Shown here: piece by piece, positions 36,426-46,321 of the stretch
Position numbering within the stretch: position 1 is the first letter of the stretch
Layout: every line of letters begins with the position of its first letter
Origin: an uncultured bacterium
GTDB taxonomy: Bacteria; CSSED10-310; CAZUFC01
DNA: 64,000 nucleotides
Direction of reading: 5' to 3'
Assembly: GCA_964619725.1 (NCBI GenBank)
Contig: CAZUFC010000004.1
Span: 1 to 64,000 of the forward strand
Program-made: the position numbers and the translations under genes
Notes under the pieces: generated by a model
Told to the model about the DNA's origin: nothing
The model's input: only the letters and a program-made list of their open reading frames with translations
Database searches by the model: none

Positions 36426-37925
36426 ATGAGATTAGGTTTAGTTTTTAATCCTTTCACGTACAAAATCCATGAAGAAAACTTGAGGATAGTTCAGAAATAT
36501 TTCGGACTGTTTCCTCCTTTAAGTCTTTGTTGGGCTGCGGGAATAGCCGAAAGCGCCGGTCACGAGGTGGAACTGATTGATGCAAGGACCCTGAGACTAA
36601 CCAAGGAAGAAGCTCTGGAAAGATTGAAGGAGTTTAAACCGGACCTGATCGGCATGATGATGACGACTTATATGTTTCGAGAAACTCTGGAGTGGCTGGA
36701 CTATTTTAAGAAGGAACTGAATGTCGAGACCGTAGTCGGAGGATATAATCTTCGCGTTTATCCGAAAGAGTCGGTAACTCCGCCGGAAGTAGATTACGGA
36801 GTGTATTATTCGGCTTTGAAGACTTTACCGGCCTTGATGAGTGAACTGGAGGGAGATCGTCGTTTTTCCGAGGTGCCTGGATTGGTTTATAAAGAAAAAG
36901 AAGACATTAAACTCAATCCTGGGCCGAATCCTCCTGAGAAATTTACGGATTATCCGTTTCCGGCCAGACATTTGTTGCCCAATGAGTTATATGCTGAGTT
37001 CCCGACTGAGAGGAAAAATTTTACAGTGATGGTTACAAGCAAGGGGTGTCCGTATCAATGTCGTTTCTGTGAAGCGGGGAGAACGCCGCATGATCCTCGA
37101 AGACCGGATCAGATACTCGCGGAAATCAAGGAGTGTTACGAGAGGTACGGAATTCGTGAGATCGATATATTCGATTACGAGTTTGCCGTCGATAATGATC
37201 GAGTCAGGGCTATCTGCGAGGGCATCATAAGAGAGGGACTCGATATTATCTGGGCTTGTCGGACCAGAATCGATTCGGTTAATCCTGAGATACTTGAAGT
37301 AATGAAAAAATCCGGTTGCTCAAGAATTTATTATGGAATTGAAAGCGGAGACCAGGCATTTCTTGACCGAATGAGCAAGGGGATAACTGTCGAGGAAATT
37401 AAGAAAACCATACGTAACACCCGGGATGTAGGAATTCGTCCGCTTGGATTCTTTTTGGTCGGTTCTGAAGGCGAAACGATATCTTCCATCAAACGAACCA
37501 TTAAATTCGCGAAATCGTTGAATCTGGATTATGTTCAGTTTTCTAAGACAACAGCCAAACCTCTCACACGGTTATGGACGGAACTGACTGAGCAAACGGG
37601 CTTCGATTATTGGAGAGAGTATATTCTGGGAAACGTCGAAGAACAGGAATTGCCGAGGCCATGGACTGAGCTGACGAATGATCAAATCGATTTTTGGACC
37701 AGGAAAGCATATATCAAATTTCACGCTCGTTTCCGCTTTCTGCTGAGGTCGACGTTTAAAGTAAGGTCCTTTAAGGAATTTCGGAGAAAATTCCTGGCGT
37801 TTGTTGATATGGTCTTTTTTCAGGAAAAAAGATCGAAAAAGGCCAGAAAATTCGTCGCCTATCATGATCATGCAGGGAAACTTTGGTGGTATCGCAAAAT
37901 CTCAAAATGGAGTCTGCCGTTTTAG
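36426..37925 (+). CDS. Cobalamin-binding radical SAM protein (1)
   Basis: N-terminal B12-binding Rossmann (PPLSL...), SKGCPYQCRFC, GIESG. Confidence 0.92.
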   Translation: MRLGLVFNPFTYKIHEENLRIVQKYFGLFPPLSLCWAAGIAESAGHEVELIDARTLRLTKEEALERLKEFKPDLIGMMMTTYMFRETLEWLDYFKKELNVETVVGGYNLRVYPKESVTPPEVDYGVYYSALKTLPALMSELEGDRRFSEVPGLVYKEKEDIKLNPGPNPPEKFTDYPFPARHLLPNELYAEFPTERKNFTVMVTSKGCPYQCRFCEAGRTPHDPRRPDQILAEIKECYERYGIREIDIFDYEFAVDNDRVRAICEGIIREGLDIIWACRTRIDSVNPEILEVMKKSGCSRIYYGIESGDQAFLDRMSKGITVEEIKKTIRNTRDVGIRPLGFFLVGSEGETISSIKRTIKFAKSLNLDYVQFSKTTAKPLTRLWTELTEQTGFDYWREYILGNVEEQELPRPWTELTNDQIDFWTRKAYIKFHARFRFLLRSTFKVRSFKEFRRKFLAFVDMVFFQEKRSKKARKFVAYHDHAGKLWWYRKISKWSLPF

Positions 37926-37959
37926 ACTGCAAATATCTGTCCGGAGCTTGCCGTAAGCG

Positions 37960-39474
37960 ATGAAGGTCTTGTTCGTCCATCAAGGTCGAGAGAATTTAGG
38001 CATTGAGTATCTTTCTTCGTATCTGAAAAATCGGGGAATTGAGACATATCTCGCATACGATCCGGGTTTATTCGGCGTCAATGATAATTTATTTTATATT
38101 CCCCGTCTCGAAAAATTATTTTCTGACGAACGAATTATCTTGGAAAGAATCGAAAAGATCGGTCCCGACTGGATTGCCTTTTCCGTTTATACTAATACTT
38201 ATCAATGGTGTGTGCGGCTGGCGGGAACAATCAGGAAATCCTATCCGGGAATTCCGATAATATTCGGAGGCATTCATCCTACTCTGACGACGGAAAAGGT
38301 CCTGGAACAGGATTCTGTTGATTTCGCAGTCGTCGGCGAGGGAGAAGAGTGTCTCTATGAATTAATTACTGAAAAGAATCAGGAGAATTATCGATTCATA
38401 GAGAATTTAGCTTACAGAAAAAACGGAAAAATCATTATGAATCCGGTCAGGCCCCCTGTTGCCGAGCTTGATGAATTGCCCTTGCCGGATAAAAAACTGT
38501 TTGAGGAGCACTTTCCCATCAAGGAGGATTATCTTATCCTGTCCTCCAGGGGCTGCGTTTTTAACTGTTCTTATTGTTGCGAAAGTTACTGGAACCGGCT
38601 CTATAATCGCCGTTATTTTCGAAGAAGAAACGTTGAATCGATTTTGGATGAGCTTAAGATAATGAAGAAAAGATACGGATTTCGGGAAGTTATGTTCAAT
38701 GATTCGATTTTTTTTACGGACGAAAAGCGATTGGAACGCCTTATGTATGAATACGCTGAAGAAATCGGAGTAAAATTCAGATGTTTTGGCGAGTTTTGTT
38801 TTATGACTCCTCGCATAGCGCAATTATTAAAGCTGGGGGGATGCTACTCCGTCGAATTCGGATTACAGACTTTAAACGAGAAGATCAGGAAAGAAACGCT
38901 GAACAGAACAGACAGGATAGATCAGGTCCGTAAGGCATTAGAATGCCTGGATGCGGTCGGCATAAGATATGACGTCGACTATATCTTTGGCCTGCCCGGA
39001 GAGAGCGAATCGGATCATCGGCGCGCCGCCTTTTTCTTTAATTGTCTGAATTATTTAAACAGGGTGAAGCCTCATAATTTATCGTATTTCCCCTCACTGA
39101 AGATCATTGATATTGCGAAAGAGATGAATATTCTCAGCGACCGGGATATTGAGAGCATAAATCAGGGATTGATCGGTGATTTCTTCCATGAAATGTCCAG
39201 TCAAAACGAGGAGATGCGAAAAACAAACGATAATTATCGCACCTTGTTTAAATTTATTCCTCTGTTAAAAAGGAAACATCTTGATCGGTTGCTCAACTCA
39301 AGCATGATGGAAAAACTGCATGCGACGCCGTCATTTGTCATTTTACTTTTACAGGTTTTGACGGCAATTCGGGGAAGAGATTATCGTTATATCGTGTACC
39401 TTAAAACGTATCCGTTCAGGGTTTTAAGAGCTGTTAAAAATTTATTGAGTTTAAGAAAATATGACGGAAAATAA
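37960..39474 (+). CDS. Cobalamin-binding radical SAM protein (2)
   Basis: LGIEYLSS, FGGIHPT, GEGE, SRGCVFNCSYC, FGLQT, FGLPGE. Confidence 0.92.
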   Translation: MKVLFVHQGRENLGIEYLSSYLKNRGIETYLAYDPGLFGVNDNLFYIPRLEKLFSDERIILERIEKIGPDWIAFSVYTNTYQWCVRLAGTIRKSYPGIPIIFGGIHPTLTTEKVLEQDSVDFAVVGEGEECLYELITEKNQENYRFIENLAYRKNGKIIMNPVRPPVAELDELPLPDKKLFEEHFPIKEDYLILSSRGCVFNCSYCCESYWNRLYNRRYFRRRNVESILDELKIMKKRYGFREVMFNDSIFFTDEKRLERLMYEYAEEIGVKFRCFGEFCFMTPRIAQLLKLGGCYSVEFGLQTLNEKIRKETLNRTDRIDQVRKALECLDAVGIRYDVDYIFGLPGESESDHRRAAFFFNCLNYLNRVKPHNLSYFPSLKIIDIAKEMNILSDRDIESINQGLIGDFFHEMSSQNEEMRKTNDNYRTLFKFIPLLKRKHLDRLLNSSMMEKLHATPSFVILLLQVLTAIRGRDYRYIVYLKTYPFRVLRAVKNLLSLRKYDGK

Positions 39475-40402
39475 GGAAAAAAAAGCGACGAAGGAGTCAA
39501 AAACTCTGCTGAAGTGGGTTATGGGTTGGATACTGACGGTGACTTTCGTCGTCGTTTTGTTTTATAAGATACCTTTCGCCGATACGTGGAAAACCGCCAA
39601 ATCTGCCGATCCGCTTATTTTACTGGCAGCAGCGGCGATTTCACTTTTCGGGAATCTATTCGGAGCGATAGAAAAATTCCGTCGGCTCGTGGAGGCGTTC
39701 GGGGGATCGATGAGATTCCGGGAAACGTTCAAACTGAAAATGGGACTTATACCCTTGGACAGCATAATGCCGATGAAATCGGGAAAGCTATTTCTGGCCT
39801 TATACTTGAAAAAAGAGAAAGGCATGGCTTTATATCTGGGTGGGCTCATTCTGCTGACGAGTGTGGGATTGAGTTATTCAAGTCTTTTTTTGTTGAGTCT
39901 GCCGGGCTGGCTGATATTACATGGAGGATTAATAACCATAACGGGAACCGCTGTTCTGTTTTTTTCTGATTCTTCATTATTCGGGAAACTGGCGACTCAA
40001 ATAGAAAATATAAAAAAGGGGTTCTTTTTTGCAGGATGGAAACTCAGGTTGATCAAGCTGGGAAGCGTTTCCTTATTATTTGAGACATGCAAAGTATTGA
40101 TGAGTTACGCTGTTCTAACTTCCGTAGGCATTGAAATCGGACCGGGAACAGCCCTGACGGTTCTGCCGGTGAGCGTACTCGCCTCTATGCTTCCTCTGAC
40201 GGCATTGGGCATTGGATTGCGTGAGTCATCTCTGCTTTTGCTCCTTGCCGGCCAGGGAAACGAAGCGGAAATTCTCGCAGCCGGATTCCTGATATCTTTT
40301 ATAGATAGAGTATTGCCGTTATTGATCGGAATAATTTTCGTACGGGATGCTGTTCGAACGATCATTCCTCAGAATAAAGCGAACGAGAACCCTGCCCGAT
40401 GA
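39461..40402 (+). CDS. Lysylphosphatidylglycerol synthase TM-domain (flippase-like, UPF0104) protein
   Basis: About 8 TMs, IMPMKSG, LPLT..GIGLRE. Confidence 0.75.
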   Translation: MTENKEKKATKESKTLLKWVMGWILTVTFVVVLFYKIPFADTWKTAKSADPLILLAAAAISLFGNLFGAIEKFRRLVEAFGGSMRFRETFKLKMGLIPLDSIMPMKSGKLFLALYLKKEKGMALYLGGLILLTSVGLSYSSLFLLSLPGWLILHGGLITITGTAVLFFSDSSLFGKLATQIENIKKGFFFAGWKLRLIKLGSVSLLFETCKVLMSYAVLTSVGIEIGPGTALTVLPVSVLASMLPLTALGIGLRESSLLLLLAGQGNEAEILAAGFLISFIDRVLPLLIGIIFVRDAVRTIIPQNKANENPAR

Positions 40403-40453
40403 CTAAAAATTTCAGTTCGGGAAATAATATTAATGCTGTGGGGAGCATTGAAG

Positions 40454-41515
40454 ATGATCGATTATGAAAGCCGAAGCGCTGAAACCGTTAATTTCCTTAA
40501 AACGATTTATTTTGACTATCCAAAATGGGTTCCCTGCCGGGTGGGATTAATGCCGGCGACCTGGATGAAGCGCCGGGAAAAATTGGAAGACCTGGTCTTA
40601 AAACATCCTCGGCTTTTTCCGGAATACATTAAAGGAAGCAGGGATTTTGACTATATTTATAATCCTCTTTACGAATCAGGAACTCATGTAGACTGCTGGG
40701 GAGTAGTCTGGAAAAATATTTCCCGGGGATTGGACAGTATTCCGGTCAGTCATCCTCTGGAAGATTGGTCCGATTTCGATCATTATATTCCTCCTGATCC
40801 CTTGAAGGACGACATGTTCGGACCGCGGGACTGGAACAAAATTGAACAGGAATTAAAAGAAAAGAAGAAAAAGGGAGGGCTGGCCGTTGGTCGGGAGCTT
40901 CCTCACGGATTCATGTTCATGAAGCTTTATTATCTGAGAGGTTTTGAAAATTTAATGCTGGATATGGCGACGGGAGAGCCGCTATTGGACAGTCTTATTT
41001 CAATGGTTGAGGACTACAATTCGGCTGTGATAGAAAAGCTGCTGAATCTCGGCGCGGAATATATGCATTTCGGCGACGACCTCGGTATGCAACGCTCATT
41101 GCCCATCAGTCCGGCCATGTGGAGGCAATACCTCAAACCTGCTTATGATCGCATGTTCAGGCCGTGTAGAGAAGCGCAAGTCCCTATATATTTTCATTCA
41201 GATGGTCATATCCTGGAAATCATCCAGGATTTGATCGACGTCGGCGTAACAATAGTAAATCCTCAAAGCGGAGCAAACGGAATGGATAATCTGGCAAAAA
41301 TCGTCAAAGGTAAAGCGGCTGTTGATCTTGACCTGGACAGACAAATCTTTCCTTTTGCATCGCCTGATAAAATCAGAGAGCATATCCGCCAAGCTTATGA
41401 AAAATTTTACATGCCTGAAGGCGGCTTCATGTTGTATGCAGAATGCGAACCTGATGTTCCGCTTGAAAATATCCAGGCGATATGCGTAGAGTTTGAGGAA
41501 ATTATGTCGGCTTGA
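40454..41515 (+). CDS. Uroporphyrinogen decarboxylase / methylcobamide methyltransferase family protein
   Basis: VDCWGVVW, LRGFENLMLD, FGDDLGMQ...ISP..WR..LKP.Y, FHSDG, GGF; GGGAG RBS before ATG 40454. Confidence 0.85.
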   Translation: MIDYESRSAETVNFLKTIYFDYPKWVPCRVGLMPATWMKRREKLEDLVLKHPRLFPEYIKGSRDFDYIYNPLYESGTHVDCWGVVWKNISRGLDSIPVSHPLEDWSDFDHYIPPDPLKDDMFGPRDWNKIEQELKEKKKKGGLAVGRELPHGFMFMKLYYLRGFENLMLDMATGEPLLDSLISMVEDYNSAVIEKLLNLGAEYMHFGDDLGMQRSLPISPAMWRQYLKPAYDRMFRPCREAQVPIYFHSDGHILEIIQDLIDVGVTIVNPQSGANGMDNLAKIVKGKAAVDLDLDRQIFPFASPDKIREHIRQAYEKFYMPEGGFMLYAECEPDVPLENIQAICVEFEEIMSA

Positions 41516-41806
41516 CGGGCGCAGCGCTTTTATGATCTGAATCAGAATAATTCCTTCTGCGAAACGCTGAGGCTCTCCACAGTCACTTCTTCGATTGGAA
41601 TAATGACCAACCTGCCGCCTGAAACTTCCCGGTTTTATGCTCAGAATTAACGATTGATCCGGATAAACGGGAGACTGCTGAATTACGGACAGAATCAAGA
41701 GAATAAACGACGGTCTTTCGCGGGTTCGGGCCCAGAACCAGGCGCTTTTTTCTTTCAATTGTCTGGTGATTCCTTTAATATTAACGGCTGGAGAATTCCG
41801 ATCGTC

Positions 41807-43765
41807 ATGGATGAACACTTTCAGAAAAATAAATCGATTCAGAAAAAACACATACCTTTGGGAGCAATTGACGTTTTTCCGGCCCTGATTTTAATCGTCG
41901 CAGCTTTCCTGGTTCACTGGGGAACCCTGAAAGCAGGATTCATAAGTGATGATTTCGTGTTGCTTTCCATGACGGATAGGGCTGATTCCGTTTTTTCATT
42001 TTTTCACACAAATTGGTTATTGGAGCAGCATTCCGGCGGTTTTTATCGACCGATGGTAATGGTCTTGTGGAAGATAGACAGGATGATGTGGGGATTCAAT
42101 CCTCTGGGTTATCATTTCACGAATATTCTTTTGCACGCTATCACCGTTATGCTGATTTTTTTCCTTACTTTCGCACTTGTCGGCCGAAGAAGTACGGCAT
42201 TCTTCTGTTCATTGTTTTTTTGCGTCCATCCTGTTCATAGTGAAGCTATCGCATGGCTAAGCGGGAGAACGGATTTATGCTGCGCGGTTTTCTTTTTTTC
42301 GGCGTTATTGTTTTATGTCGTTTATCTGAAATATTCCAGGCGCGTGCTGTGGTATTTGCTGAGTCTACTAATGTTCATTTTTTCTTTGCTGTCAAAGGAA
42401 ATGGCCTTTACCTTGCCTGTAGCGGCTATCATCCTGGATTTTTTAATTAAAAGTAAACCATTGAAAGGCAACAAGTCTCCAAGAAGCGCCTTCGTATTCA
42501 GAACCGTTCCTTTTTTTATTATTTTGGGAGTAGTCGTTTACATCAGGTACAGAATACTTGGAGGTATCGGCGGGTATGGGGAATCAAAACATTTTCGATT
42601 CGATTTAATAATTTTCAATTATTTTAAGCATTATTTCAATTGGATGCTGACTCCATTTCGATTCATCACGCTGGAAAGAAGTCATCACGACATCGTAGCC
42701 TGGGGAACCCTGGCCGTATTGGCTTTGGGGTTATTGAAGAGGCAATTGAGAACAGGAATTTTAATTTTCGTCGTAACGCTATTACCTGTTTTGAATTTAT
42801 GCCGGCCGCAATATCTTTACATACCGTCCTGGGGACTGTTGCTTGTTTTGTCTGTTCTGATATTCTCCGGCCGAAGAGGTTGGACGAATACGTTTTTTCG
42901 GCTGCTTCTGATTGTCATTCTGGTCCTTTTCTGGACGGTGGAAGTCCGTTATCGAAACCGGGAATGGGTTAGAACAGGAGGCGTGGGTTTGGGTGTAAGA
43001 GATATTATGACCAATATGCATCCTTTTTTCCCGGATGATTCCGAATTATATTTTAGAAATCTTCCAATAAATACGGCGATACCGATAGGAGTCTTCCAAA
43101 ACGGGTTGCAGGAAGCTGTGCGTATGTGGTATGGAAATGGGACGCTGACGGCAAAGCATGTTTCTGATTTCAGGAGCTACGCTGGGGAGCTGGAAAATGA
43201 AGGTAAAAGATACTTTTTCCATATGGATCGGGGATTTTTTTATGATATGACGGACGCCGTGCGTTCGAAGGGAAATGAGACGGTTATTATAAAAGAAGGT
43301 GAGTCGATTACTCTGGATTATCTTCACAAGAAGGAAAGCATTCGATTTAACGAACCGGTCAGGGCTTATGAAATGGAGTTGTGGTCCCTTCTGGCCGACG
43401 GCGCCGACATGGAAAACGGCAGCAAGGCAGGGGAAATTGAATTGAAAAATAATGATGATACGTTGAAAACGTTGTCTTTACGGGCCGGCATAGAGACTGC
43501 CGAATGGGCGTATCATCGAGAGGATTTAAAGGACAGGATAGAACACAATTTTGCCGATGCCGTCTCTGCGAGACTGTTAAATGTATTCAGCAGGCCGGTT
43601 CAAATCGAGTATATCTACCGCAGCCGCTTTGAACTTGATCCTGAACAAACGATAACAGGATTGATTTTCCGGTATGCGGGCCCTCCGTCGCAACCGCAAC
43701 GAAAAACTTTAATTCAAATCAGAAAACTGTTGTTTCGTTCAAAACAGAAAGAGGCTCCCTTGTGA
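41807..43765 (+). CDS. TMTC-like GT-C glycosyltransferase without TPRs, with C-terminal extracytoplasmic domain
   Basis: GFISDD, FYRP, GYHFTNILLH, HPVHSEAIAWLSGR, LLSKEMA, YLYIPS; ATG 41807 after GGAGA (track start 41654). Confidence 0.82.
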   Translation: MDEHFQKNKSIQKKHIPLGAIDVFPALILIVAAFLVHWGTLKAGFISDDFVLLSMTDRADSVFSFFHTNWLLEQHSGGFYRPMVMVLWKIDRMMWGFNPLGYHFTNILLHAITVMLIFFLTFALVGRRSTAFFCSLFFCVHPVHSEAIAWLSGRTDLCCAVFFFSALLFYVVYLKYSRRVLWYLLSLLMFIFSLLSKEMAFTLPVAAIILDFLIKSKPLKGNKSPRSAFVFRTVPFFIILGVVVYIRYRILGGIGGYGESKHFRFDLIIFNYFKHYFNWMLTPFRFITLERSHHDIVAWGTLAVLALGLLKRQLRTGILIFVVTLLPVLNLCRPQYLYIPSWGLLLVLSVLIFSGRRGWTNTFFRLLLIVILVLFWTVEVRYRNREWVRTGGVGLGVRDIMTNMHPFFPDDSELYFRNLPINTAIPIGVFQNGLQEAVRMWYGNGTLTAKHVSDFRSYAGELENEGKRYFFHMDRGFFYDMTDAVRSKGNETVIIKEGESITLDYLHKKESIRFNEPVRAYEMELWSLLADGADMENGSKAGEIELKNNDDTLKTLSLRAGIETAEWAYHREDLKDRIEHNFADAVSARLLNVFSRPVQIEYIYRSRFELDPEQTITGLIFRYAGPPSQPQRKTLIQIRKLLFRSKQKEAPL

Positions 43766-45201
43766 CTGACAAATACAAAGTTTTATTGATCTTGCCGAGT
43801 TTCAGTTCGGAAAAGCATTACGGAAAACTCAGCAATGTCGCTCCATCGCTGTTGCCGGTCAGTTTGGTTTATCTTGCGGCCTGGCTGGAAAAGCACAATT
43901 ACAGGGTTGAAATTTTCGACGGACAGGTCCAGGAAATGACCGAGAGGACCCTGAAAGAAAAATTGTCGCAGTTTAAGCCTCAGGTCGTAGGAATAACCTG
44001 CATGACGCCCATGGCTTATGAAGCTCATAAAACAGCGGAGGTCGTTCGTAATTTTGATGAAAATCTTCTTATAGTCATGGGGGGCATTCATCCGTCCATA
44101 TTGCCGGACGAGACGTTGGAAGATGAAAACGTTGATATTGTGGTGAGGGGAGAGGGTGAGTTCACTTTTCATGAAGTTATTTCCGCGTATGAAAACGACG
44201 AAGGTTTCGATAAGATCAAAGGCGTGTCTTACAGAGATGGAAACTCCGGCAGGATTATTCATACCGAAGAGCGGGAATTGCTTGAAGAATTGGATATCTT
44301 GCCTTTTCCGGCTCTTCATTTGATCCCGATGGATGATTATCATCAAATACCTGATGCTGTTTTTGCTCTTCCTCTGCGCGCCATGATCACTTCTCGCGGC
44401 TGCCCCTTCAAATGTATTTTTTGTTCGGCGCGGCTGATGTCGGGATACAAATACAGGTACAGGAGTCCTGAAAACGTTCTGGGAGAGATGGATATTCTGA
44501 TAAACAAATATAATGCAAAGCAGATCGCCATGCTGGACGATAATTTTGTTGTTAATCGGGAAAGAACAGTAAATATATGCGAAGGGATGATCCGACGGGA
44601 CTTCCACAAAAGAACGGTATGGACCTGCGCCGCGAGAGCCGATCAGGTCGAAGAAGAACTGATGCGGATTATGAAAAAAGCGGGATGCAAATTAATTTCT
44701 TTCGGAGTAGAAACGGGGACGCAGCGGATTATGGACCTTATTCAGAAGGATGAAACGCTGGAGCAAATTCAGAAAGCGGTCGAATTGGGTAAAAAAGCGG
44801 GTTTGCTTATCCGAGGTACATTGATGCTGGGATTGCCGACCGAGACGGTTGAAGAGTCTCGAAAAACGATAGAATTCGCTAAAAACATCGGACTTGATTT
44901 CGCCAAATTTTCCATTGCTACTCCTTATCCGGGAACAGTTCTTTATAATCTGGCCAAAAAGCAGGGATTAATAGACGCTGATGACTGGTCGAGATTCTCA
45001 TCTATGGCTGGTTTCAGTGATTATGATCCTGTTTACGTGCCGGAAGGACGCGAGCCCGGTGAATTAAAAAAACTTCAAAAAACGGCGACTCGTGAGTTTT
45101 ATCTTCGACCCAGGCAAATCTTTCATCTCCTCAAAAATATGAAGGGTTGGAAAGATTTTAAAATGTACTTCTATGCAGCGCGTTCTTTGCTGGATAAATA
45201 A
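43762..45201 (+). CDS. Cobalamin-binding radical SAM protein (3)
   Basis: GGIHPS, GEGE, TSRGCPFKCIFC, DDNF, GVETG, TPYPGT. Confidence 0.93.
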   Translation: MTDKYKVLLILPSFSSEKHYGKLSNVAPSLLPVSLVYLAAWLEKHNYRVEIFDGQVQEMTERTLKEKLSQFKPQVVGITCMTPMAYEAHKTAEVVRNFDENLLIVMGGIHPSILPDETLEDENVDIVVRGEGEFTFHEVISAYENDEGFDKIKGVSYRDGNSGRIIHTEERELLEELDILPFPALHLIPMDDYHQIPDAVFALPLRAMITSRGCPFKCIFCSARLMSGYKYRYRSPENVLGEMDILINKYNAKQIAMLDDNFVVNRERTVNICEGMIRRDFHKRTVWTCAARADQVEEELMRIMKKAGCKLISFGVETGTQRIMDLIQKDETLEQIQKAVELGKKAGLLIRGTLMLGLPTETVEESRKTIEFAKNIGLDFAKFSIATPYPGTVLYNLAKKQGLIDADDWSRFSSMAGFSDYDPVYVPEGREPGELKKLQKTATREFYLRPRQIFHLLKNMKGWKDFKMYFYAARSLLDK

Positions 45202-45217
45202 ACGAGGACATAATGAA

Positions 45218-46321
45218 ATGTTGAATCATGCAGATTTATATCGGAAAATCGGAGAGCTATACAGCAAGATTCCCATGACTTTTTTCAATGGGTATGCTTT
45301 CCCTCCTTTGCGGATTGCTTTTATATTGACGCATCGTTGCAACTTGAAATGTGAAATGTGTTTTGTATGGAAACACTCCAACCCCGCTGAAGAAAAGAAA
45401 AAAGAATTAAGCACACAAGAGATAATCAACCTGATCGATCAGACGCCCTTCTATTCCGTGCTGACCTTTACCGGCGGAGAACCGCTGGTCCGGAACGATA
45501 TACGCCAAATACTGGAATATTCCATCGCCAAAAGAAGAGTTCATCTGGTAACGAACGGAACGCTGGCCGATGATAGCCTGACAGAGTTTTTAATTGACAA
45601 TGCGGCTGATAATTTCTGGAATAAGGGTCTGCTTTCTTTAGGGGTTTCATTGGAAGGTCCCGCGGAAATTCATGACCGGGCCGTGCAGGTTCAGGGGGCG
45701 CGAGACAAGACAGTGGCGTTTATCAAGAAGGCATCCGAGTTGAAGCGGAAGCGCGGCAAAAAATTTCCCATTATTGATCTGAAAGTAGTCATGAGCCGTT
45801 TCAATTTTGATTATTTGACTGATTTATTCAGAACAGCGGAGGAATCGGGAGCAGATTTAATATCATATCAGATAGAGAACAGTCAGTCGTCTTCGTACGG
45901 AGTGCCGCTGGGCGGTCCGAATGCTCATGCCCATTTGCCGCCGAAGATCGAAGAGGTGTCGCCTGAAAAAGTTAAATCAGCATTAATCGAATTGAAAAGT
46001 GCAGCAGTTGATTCAAAAGTTTCCATCCGTTTTAATCCCGAAATGCCTATAGAAAGAATGGCGGATCGATATCAGAATCGTTTTCGAAGCGAATACTTTT
46101 ATTGTGACACGGCCTGGACGGTCCTTCACATCGGACCGTTCGGTCATGTTTACCCCTGTTTCACCTATTCCATGGGCGACGTACGCAAGAGCAGCTTAAA
46201 CACTATCTGGAACGGGGAAAAATACCGGAAATTCAGAAGAATGCTCAAAAAGGAAAGAATTTTTCCAGGTTGCGCCGGTTGTTGTGTGATGAAATGTAAT
46301 AATCAGGGGCGAGATTCTTGA
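45218..46321 (+). CDS. Radical SAM protein with SPASM/twitch domain
   Basis: CNLKCEMC, GGEP, VTNG; C-terminal C..AW....I...G.VYPC...G.V...SL..IWN...CAGCC; GAGGA RBS before ATG 45218. Confidence 0.9.
   Translation: MLNHADLYRKIGELYSKIPMTFFNGYAFPPLRIAFILTHRCNLKCEMCFVWKHSNPAEEKKKELSTQEIINLIDQTPFYSVLTFTGGEPLVRNDIRQILEYSIAKRRVHLVTNGTLADDSLTEFLIDNAADNFWNKGLLSLGVSLEGPAEIHDRAVQVQGARDKTVAFIKKASELKRKRGKKFPIIDLKVVMSRFNFDYLTDLFRTAEESGADLISYQIENSQSSSYGVPLGGPNAHAHLPPKIEEVSPEKVKSALIELKSAAVDSKVSIRFNPEMPIERMADRYQNRFRSEYFYCDTAWTVLHIGPFGHVYPCFTYSMGDVRKSSLNTIWNGEKYRKFRRMLKKERIFPGCAGCCVMKCNNQGRDS

Noticed and set aside
41515-41807. Cobalamin riboswitch in the intergenic gap of the B12-rSAM run (36181-36426 also examined)
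   Set aside because: No GGGAA/GCCACTG B12-box pattern on either strand
43783-44607. 274-aa antisense ORF, and other shadow ORFs such as 33158-33772, 41198-41851 and 8846-9325
   Set aside because: They lie wholly or largely opposite well-supported genes and show no motifs; likely antisense artefacts
45218-46321. RiPP maturase or anaerobic sulfatase maturase
   Set aside because: Short twitch-type Cys pattern, no adjacent precursor peptide or RRE domain, and the neighbours are glycan enzymes
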